Source of the DNA: an uncultured Candidatus Bathyarchaeia archaeon
GTDB taxonomy: Archaea > Thermoproteota > Bathyarchaeia > TCS64
DNA: 30,686 nucleotides
Reading direction: 5' to 3'
Assembly: GCA_964539725.1 (NCBI GenBank)
Contig: CAZIKD010000001.1
Coordinates: forward strand, 1 to 30,686
Shown: in pieces, positions 25,522-30,686 of the stretch
Numbering within the stretch: the stretch's first letter is position 1
Layout of the letters: the number at the start of each line of letters is the position of its first letter
Made by a program: the position numbers and the translations under genes
Notes under the pieces: model-generated
Told to the model about the DNA's origin: nothing
Database searches by the model: none
The model's input: the letters and a program-made list of their open reading frames with translations, nothing else

Positions 25522-26838
25522 CTAAAGCTGTTGAGCGTAATTTGCCTCCGTGGTTGTGTAGTATTTAGCGATCGTGTTGGCCACCTCCCACTCTGGTAAC
25601 TCGCTTTCACCTAGGTAACGTAGATATCTCTCAGTAACTTGCGCGAAGTGATCCTCGTGACTTGCCTCATATTTCTTAGGTACGATTATTTCCCAAGTTG
25701 AGCCAGTTGGCTTTATGTCTAGACCCGACCATGTTGCACATAACGTAGAGATCGAAGCGCGTAGCTTTTTCTCATATTCATCGTCGGGTATAGGGGTTTT
25801 TTTCTCAACGTAGAGTACTTGTTTCCATTTTTGCTCGATGCCCTGCCTCATTGTTAGGTTGGCGTTGCTACCTCTCAGCATTGACTGGTTGGTATCGCTA
25901 GCACCGGGTTCGGCTTCGAAGTTCCAGAGCGTCCTTACTCTTATGTGAACCCCGCGGAGTGTGTAGATGATTTCGCCGTTTTGATTTACCTCAATTAAAT
26001 TATCTGGGGCGATGTACCCCTTGAGTGGATCTGGATACTCGTTGAGTCCTGTTATCGCTCTGAATTGACGGAGGGATAGCATGGTTGGCCAACACTTGCT
26101 GGAGATTATCTTGATGTCATTTCGCCAGTCTATGATTTGGTCGGGGAAACACATCCATTGGACTAGGTCTACGAGGTGTGTCCCTACATCGACCATTGCT
26201 CCACCTTGATGGCGTGTGTCGAAGAACCACTCTGGACGTTTTAGGGGTTTACCGTCGACTTTTTTGTAGAAATGGTGGATGCTCTCCATGACCACTGCGG
26301 GTTTTTCAGGTGAGCCCTTCTCAAGGGTCCCGAAGACCTCGGGGTTCCGGGCTAGTTCTCTTTGAATTATGTTGGTTATTGCGTAGCGCTCAGTCATTAT
26401 GTCGTATAGCAGGACTTTTTTTTCCTGTGCGAGTTCGAAGGCTCTGCGGAGGAGCTTGAAGTCATTTGGGGTGATTGCCATCGGTTTATCTGCGAGCACG
26501 TTGAATCCGGCTTCTATGGAGCTTAGGATGTAGTTTATCTTCTGTTTATTGTTGCCAGATATGATGACAACGTTGCCCGCCTTATCTTGTAGCATTTTAT
26601 GCAGGTAGTCAGGGCCTCTGTAGACTCGTTCATCCCAATTCGTCGGGTTCTTTGCTCGTTTGTTGAAGCCCCTAATTAGATTTAGATGAGCATCTAGGTC
26701 TGGGCCCTTTGGCGCATAGACGTTTACTGTGGGAGCGATCTCGGGATACATGCGCTTCTGTACCAGCGCTGCGTGGAAATGACCAGGATTTAGAACCAAT
26801 AGACGTATTGAGGATTTCTCATGTTCGTTGGTTTTCAT
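25522..26838 (-). CDS. Gfo/Idh/MocA-like oxidoreductase with 'putative oxidoreductase C-terminal' domain
   Basis: LNPGHFHAALVQK, NVLADKPMAI, LYDIMTERY, ES.HHFYK.V.G.PL.RP.WFFD...QG...VDVGTHLVDL and HE.HFAQV. Confidence 0.82.
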   Translation of the reverse strand: MKTNEHEKSSIRLLVLNPGHFHAALVQKRMYPEIAPTVNVYAPKGPDLDAHLNLIRGFNKRAKNPTNWDERVYRGPDYLHKMLQDKAGNVVIISGNNKQKINYILSSIEAGFNVLADKPMAITPNDFKLLRRAFELAQEKKVLLYDIMTERYAITNIIQRELARNPEVFGTLEKGSPEKPAVVMESIHHFYKKVDGKPLKRPEWFFDTRHQGGAMVDVGTHLVDLVQWMCFPDQIIDWRNDIKIISSKCWPTMLSLRQFRAITGLNEYPDPLKGYIAPDNLIEVNQNGEIIYTLRGVHIRVRTLWNFEAEPGASDTNQSMLRGSNANLTMRQGIEQKWKQVLYVEKKTPIPDDEYEKKLRASISTLCATWSGLDIKPTGSTWEIIVPKKYEASHEDHFAQVTERYLRYLGESELPEWEVANTIAKYYTTTEANYAQQL

Positions 26839-26956
26839 GAGCCACTGTATAGGAAGTGCGTATAGGTAAAAAGATTAGTTTGCCTGTTTGTGAGTCCGAA
26901 AATCTATAATTGAGTAGGGTGCTTTGATACCTGGACTACTTTTTGGAGGAAGGTGT

Positions 26957-27868
26957 TTGAGGTTCGGTAAAGTCGTCTTGCAGCAATCCCCTGATCCTAA
27001 AATATTCAAAGATGTGATCTCTGAGCTGAACCTCAGGCCGCCTGTGATCATCAAACCTAATTGGGGGACAATCAACAACTACACCGAAGCCCAGGTCCTC
27101 GATGGGGTTCTATCCGCGATTAATGGTGAGTCGATTGTTGTTGAGAGTTATGGGTGGGCCAGAACAGAGGATGCGCTGAATGGGAAGGGCATAGGTTCCC
27201 TGAAAAGAGACGACTTGCGGAAGAGCGACCGGTGGTTCCATAATATCTCCGGTATCGGTGACGTGTTGAAGAAGCATGGGGTTGAGTATCTAAATGTCAC
27301 GGAGGAGGTTTGGGCGAAGCGGGTGGTGGAACCGGGGGTGGTTAGAAAGATAGCTGAAAAGTATCCGCCGGTTCTGTTTGAAGAGATGTATGCTCAGGTC
27401 CCTACGCGTCTATTCGATTTAAGGGGTGGTACTTTCCTGAGCTTGGCTAAATACAGGTTGAATCATGAACCCATCGTTGTAAGTTTGTCCCTGAAGAACC
27501 TGTTCGGGATGATCCCGGGCCCGAGTCGTGGCAGATTCCACGGCAAAAACGACTGTAAGCTGGATCAAACCATCGTCGACGTCAACAAGGTATATCATTC
27601 GCTCTTCAAGGTCTCGGGGATAGTTGATGCAGTGCTGACAGCCTCTATTGGAGTAGTTGCCGAGGAGGCGATTAAGCCAAAGATTGTGAAGAACAAGGGA
27701 CTGCTACTGGGAAGCGAGGACTGTATGAAGTTGGACGCGTTTGTAGCTGCCCTTGAGGGAAAGGACCCCAATAAGATTGGCTACCTTAGGTTAGCGGCGT
27801 CCCATTTTGGGGGCTGGGATGAGAGAGACTTAGAGGACGCGAGGCGGAGCGGGATCCGAATTTTTTAA
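26957..27868 (+). CDS. DUF362 domain-containing protein
   Basis: VIIKPNW, ..VVES, SLAK and SLSLKNLFG. A likely TTG start at 26957 follows GGAGG/AGGTG. Confidence 0.75.
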   Translation: MRFGKVVLQQSPDPKIFKDVISELNLRPPVIIKPNWGTINNYTEAQVLDGVLSAINGESIVVESYGWARTEDALNGKGIGSLKRDDLRKSDRWFHNISGIGDVLKKHGVEYLNVTEEVWAKRVVEPGVVRKIAEKYPPVLFEEMYAQVPTRLFDLRGGTFLSLAKYRLNHEPIVVSLSLKNLFGMIPGPSRGRFHGKNDCKLDQTIVDVNKVYHSLFKVSGIVDAVLTASIGVVAEEAIKPKIVKNKGLLLGSEDCMKLDAFVAALEGKDPNKIGYLRLAASHFGGWDERDLEDARRSGIRIF

Positions 27869-27874
27869 CCATTT

Positions 27875-27884
27875 ACGCGCGCGT
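27875..27884. repeat. Intergenic 10-bp palindrome ACGCGCGCGT
   Basis: It sits in the 30-nt spacer between two convergent stop codons. Confidence 0.9.
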
Positions 27885-27898
27885 CGGTTATGTTTTAT

Positions 27899-29287
27899 TT
27901 AGATTCTACCGACCTTCCTCATCTTGTACCTCTCGAAAATTAGGTACTGCTCCCCACCCTCGCGGTAAACCTCCACGATCTGCTTCAGGTCACCAGCCAG
28001 GGCCTCGAAACGCTTCACGTCACCCATCCAATCGATGGGCACAAGAGGAACGGAGACGTCTCGGTACTTGTCCCCGGTCTCGAGGCTTAGAAGGCTTCCC
28101 TTCCTCAGGACCTTTCCCCTCATGGTGCCCTTGTAGGTCTCGTAGACGCCCTCCACCTCAGCTAGACTCCGCTCGAAGCGGATCACGGGTAGCTGTTCTG
28201 GGTCGTTCCCTGTGAGAAATGCGAGTGTATAGTCCGCGATGTAACTGAGGGGGTAACCTGTTGCGTTGGCGAGTGCTATCACGCCAACTTTCCTCTCGGG
28301 GATGAAAGCAAGTTGTGCTGTCGCTGTCGAGACGCTTCCCCCATGGTTCATAATTGTGTTCCCCCATGCATCCTGTGTTGACCCGAGGCCGAACCCGTAG
28401 TGTCTGACGTTTCTCGATACCCATGGTTCGTATGGTGTCCTGACGCGGGGCTTCATCATCTCCGACAGGGACTCTGGGGTCACGATGCCACCGTTTGGGC
28501 AGCGCCCTCCATCGAGGTACATGGAGACGTACTTGGCCATATTCGAGGCGCTGCTTACGAGGCCGCCGTCGCTAGAGATGAGGCCATAAGGGTATGTGCT
28601 AGGCAGTCTGTCCCCGTCTTTTGTCACAATGTACGGGGTTGCCGCTTCAGGGTCACCGTCGACCTCTTCATGGCTGAAGTAGCTCCTACTCATTCCCAGG
28701 GGTGTGAGTATGTGTTTCTTGACGTAGTCCGTGTATGATTCGCTCGAGACCTTTTCAATTATTTCCCCGAGGAGTCTGTAGCCCTCATTTAGGTAAAACC
28801 AGCGCTCGCCGGGTTTGCAGTGAGCCCACCGTTCGGCTTCGTCCATGAATGTGTAAATATCATCCCCGTTGACGAGGGGGAGCCATGTGTCGGTGGATTT
28901 CATCGTGTGTCTTATGACTGCCTCAGCATAGCCGAGGGCTGGAACTCCGCTGCTGTGGCTCATTAGGTGCCATATTCTTACGGGCTCACCCTTGGCCCTC
29001 ATGTTGAAGGGTATGTGCTTTCCGACTTCGTCCTCGACGCTGAGCAGACCCTTCTCCTGGAGCTGCATGATAGCTATGCATGTGAAGGACTTGGTGACGC
29101 TCCCGATGCAGTACAGCGTCTCGGGAGTAGCCGGTTTACCCCCGGCGATGTCCCTGAAGCCGAAGCCCCTGCTGTAGACAACCTTTCCGTCCCTAACTGC
29201 GGCTATGCTTAGCCCGGGCAGCTTCGTCTCTGAGACCTTTTCGAGTATGAATTTATCCAGAGTCGCGAACTCTTTCAAAGAATACAC
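27899..29287 (-). CDS. Pab87-like CubicO serine peptidase (beta-lactamase fold plus C-terminal domain)
   Basis: YCIGSVTKSF, LMSHSSG, PGERWFYLNEGY and HGGS, with a C-terminal beta-rich domain ending FERYK. Confidence 0.88.
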   Translation of the reverse strand: MYSLKEFATLDKFILEKVSETKLPGLSIAAVRDGKVVYSRGFGFRDIAGGKPATPETLYCIGSVTKSFTCIAIMQLQEKGLLSVEDEVGKHIPFNMRAKGEPVRIWHLMSHSSGVPALGYAEAVIRHTMKSTDTWLPLVNGDDIYTFMDEAERWAHCKPGERWFYLNEGYRLLGEIIEKVSSESYTDYVKKHILTPLGMSRSYFSHEEVDGDPEAATPYIVTKDGDRLPSTYPYGLISSDGGLVSSASNMAKYVSMYLDGGRCPNGGIVTPESLSEMMKPRVRTPYEPWVSRNVRHYGFGLGSTQDAWGNTIMNHGGSVSTATAQLAFIPERKVGVIALANATGYPLSYIADYTLAFLTGNDPEQLPVIRFERSLAEVEGVYETYKGTMRGKVLRKGSLLSLETGDKYRDVSVPLVPIDWMGDVKRFEALAGDLKQIVEVYREGGEQYLIFERYKMRKVGRI

Positions 29288-29309
29288 CGGGATGCGATCT
29301 GTCGGGTGC

Positions 29310-29325
29310 CGATAAAGGCTTATCG
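29310..29325. promoter_or_regulatory. Inverted repeat over the Pab87-like promoter
   Basis: CGATAA-AGGC-TTATCG overlaps the minus-strand TTTATC box. Confidence 0.4.
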
Positions 29326-29432
29326 AGGCATAGGTAAGTGTTCCTTCCTTCGCACGAGCTAATATTCAATAAATACCCATATTTTCAGATAGGTTATTTC
29401 GCTCGAGTCTCCCTAAGAATAATAGGCGGCGA

Positions 29433-29440
29433 TTATAAGT
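29433..29440 (+). promoter_or_regulatory. Putative TATA box for a small ORF
   Basis: TTATAAGT begins 28 nt upstream of the ATG at 29461. Confidence 0.5.
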
Positions 29441-29460
29441 TCAGGTAACTTCGGTGCATT

Positions 29461-29631
29461 ATGTCATCCGTAAAAGCGAATTGGTCACATGACATCTACT
29501 CCTGCTACAGTTGCCCATTGGATGTGAGGGTACGCTGTTTGCATAGGCGGAGGGCTAGGACGATGTCCAGCCTCGACATGTGGCTCTATTGTGTTAGGTT
29601 CAGGGGTGAAAGTGAGCATATTAGACTGTGA
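29461..29631 (+). CDS. Small Cys-rich hypothetical protein (56 aa, below the ORF-track cutoff)
   Basis: Hand translation: MSSVKANWSHDIYSCYSCPLDVRVRCLHRRRARTMSSLDMWLYCVRFRGESEHIRL*. It has a CxxCP plus two further Cys, an upstream TATA box and AGG-rich Arg codons. Confidence 0.5.
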   Translation: MSSVKANWSHDIYSCYSCPLDVRVRCLHRRRARTMSSLDMWLYCVRFRGESEHIRL

Positions 29632-30686
29632 GGTAGTTCTCTAGGCGGCTTGTCCTTAGGTTCTGGCCGGTAAGCTCGCATTCGTTTACGAAGGGGCTGA
29701 GGAGGCTCATCACGGTCCTCCTCGTCAGCTCAACATACTTTTTCTTGTCATATTTTCCGCCGTCATACACCATGAATGATGGTTTTACCCTTTGGAAGGG
29801 GTTACTGGCCTCCGAGTCCGCATATATGTAGCGGGAGTCACCCTCCTCAGCCGCGCCGAGTAGGGCGGCGACGACGTGGGCTTGTAGGCTTCTGTACTGA
29901 GTTAGCTCCCTGCTGAGCCTCTTCGAGATGACGAGATCCAATGCGTCCACCCTTCCCCTTCGGACGTCCTCGAAGGCCCTGTTCGCGATCGCTAACGCCC
30001 TCGGCAGCCCGCTTCTGAGAACCTCTTCGGCGTCTCCTGCGTCGAGGAGAGTGTCCATTACTCTCTCCTGGAGCCGCTTCAGGTAGGTGGGGGTGTCGTG
30101 TTTCCGCAGCTCTATCCCCCTGTAGAATAGGGGGCCGTCGGTGAGTCTACCATAGTACCTGTTCGAGGCTCCCTGGAGTGGGTCGGTTGTCTTCACGAGG
30201 AGCACTAGGAACTTGAAGTGCTTGTCGAGCTTTATGGGTAGCCCGGTTGCCTCAGCGACCTCGGCAGCGAGTTCCTCGTAGTCAGCTGCCGTGGCTCCGG
30301 GTTTCTTCGCGTAGAGGGCGTCCGTGTTCCCATACACGACCTCGTAGCCCCGACTCAGGGCGATGTTGAGACCCTTCACGAGAGCTTGTCGGGCCTGCCT
30401 GTTGATCTCCTGGAAGACTCGGACGTTCGCGAACCTATTCGCGTAGCAGCCGCTGTACCCGTAGATGACTACAAGCATCAGCTTCAGGCTGGCTTGTCTC
30501 TCCTCGCACCACTGCCACTCCCTGGAGCCTTTCATGAACTGTCTCTTCATGTGTTTGAATCTGAAGCGGCGTTCGAGGGTGGGGCCTGTGAAGCTGGTCA
30601 TGAAGCCGGGTTTGCTCGTGTCGACTCCGTACTCGGTGACTGTTTCGTAGCTCACGTTCCGCCTGCTGATGATGCTTGGGAACATG
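29621..30686 (-). CDS. polB2: Family B DNA polymerase, PolB2-type (5' end outside the window)
   Basis: (S)MFPSII..NVSYET region II, RQASLKLMLVVIYGY region III with Val in place of the usual Asn, YGNTDA region I, NRYYG, RGIELRKHDTP and YDGGKYD...Y. Confidence 0.85.
   Translation of the reverse strand, partial: MFPSIISRRNVSYETVTEYGVDTSKPGFMTSFTGPTLERRFRFKHMKRQFMKGSREWQWCEERQASLKLMLVVIYGYSGCYANRFANVRVFQEINRQARQALVKGLNIALSRGYEVVYGNTDALYAKKPGATAADYEELAAEVAEATGLPIKLDKHFKFLVLLVKTTDPLQGASNRYYGRLTDGPLFYRGIELRKHDTPTYLKRLQERVMDTLLDAGDAEEVLRSGLPRALAIANRAFEDVRRGRVDALDLVISKRLSRELTQYRSLQAHVVAALLGAAEEGDSRYIYADSEASNPFQRVKPSFMVYDGGKYDKKKYVELTRRTVMSLLSPFVNECELTGQNLRTSRLENYLTV

Noticed and set aside
12170-27890. 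Integron cassette array
   Set aside because: Genes alternate in orientation and have their own promoters. I found no attC-like RYYYAAC...GTTRRRY pairs and no integrase.
23352-29287. Beta-lactam resistance genes
   Set aside because: An SxxK/YxN fold alone does not imply beta-lactamase activity. There are no signal peptides, and archaea lack the peptidoglycan target.
29485-29619. 44-aa minus-strand ORF just after the polB2 stop (MLTFTPEPN...)
   Set aside because: It is Pro-rich, has no motif, and is antisense to the better-supported plus-strand 56-aa ORF.
589-30650. Many 60-135 aa antisense or nested ORFs in the track (e.g. 1225-1611, 8228-8632, 21865-22242, 28400-28738)
   Set aside because: They lie within confident CDSs on the other strand or frame, have no motifs, and are expected shadows of GC-rich coding DNA.
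1-30686. CRISPR array, rRNA, tRNA, IS element or provirus
   Set aside because: I saw no spaced direct repeats, RNA gene signatures, transposase, integrase or viral structural genes.

Overview
Archaeal chromosomal window with about 32 CDS. The archaeal call rests on TATA-like promoters, GGAG/GGTGA ribosome-binding sites, a PolB2-type polymerase and split transketolase and lipoate ligase genes. The gene set resembles Bathyarchaeia-type genomes, but that is inference. Positions 1-12.2 kb are a GC-rich block: DUF763, lplA/lplB-type ligase, nitroreductase, surface transglutaminase-like protein, transaldolase, AKR, TIGR04076, LLM oxidoreductase, deacetylase, Isf, M20 hydrolase and two transketolase subunits. 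Positions ~12.2-27.9 kb are a lower-GC mosaic of accessory genes: a YtcJ-like amidohydrolase with altered metal ligands, a DsrC/TusE-DsrE-cupin operon, a SagB-like oxidoreductase, an ATL-like protein, two MFS transporters, erythrin-VIT1, YyaL, a serine hydrolase, a ferritin-like protein, a bacterial-type oxidoreductase and DUF362. The window ends with a Pab87-like peptidase and the 3' part of polB2. I saw no rRNA, tRNA, CRISPR array, integrase or transposase. Best leads: (1) a recurring intergenic (CG)n palindrome, often just downstream of stop codons and at block junctions; (2) a sulfur-relay-like operon whose DsrC/TusE has a non-canonical three-Cys tail and is separated from DsrE by one in-frame UGA; (3) an amidohydrolase with Lys->Glu and His->Asp at metal-ligand positions; (4) a 56-aa Cys-rich ORF with its own TATA box that is missing from the ORF track. 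Family calls come from motif recognition by eye, not database searches.
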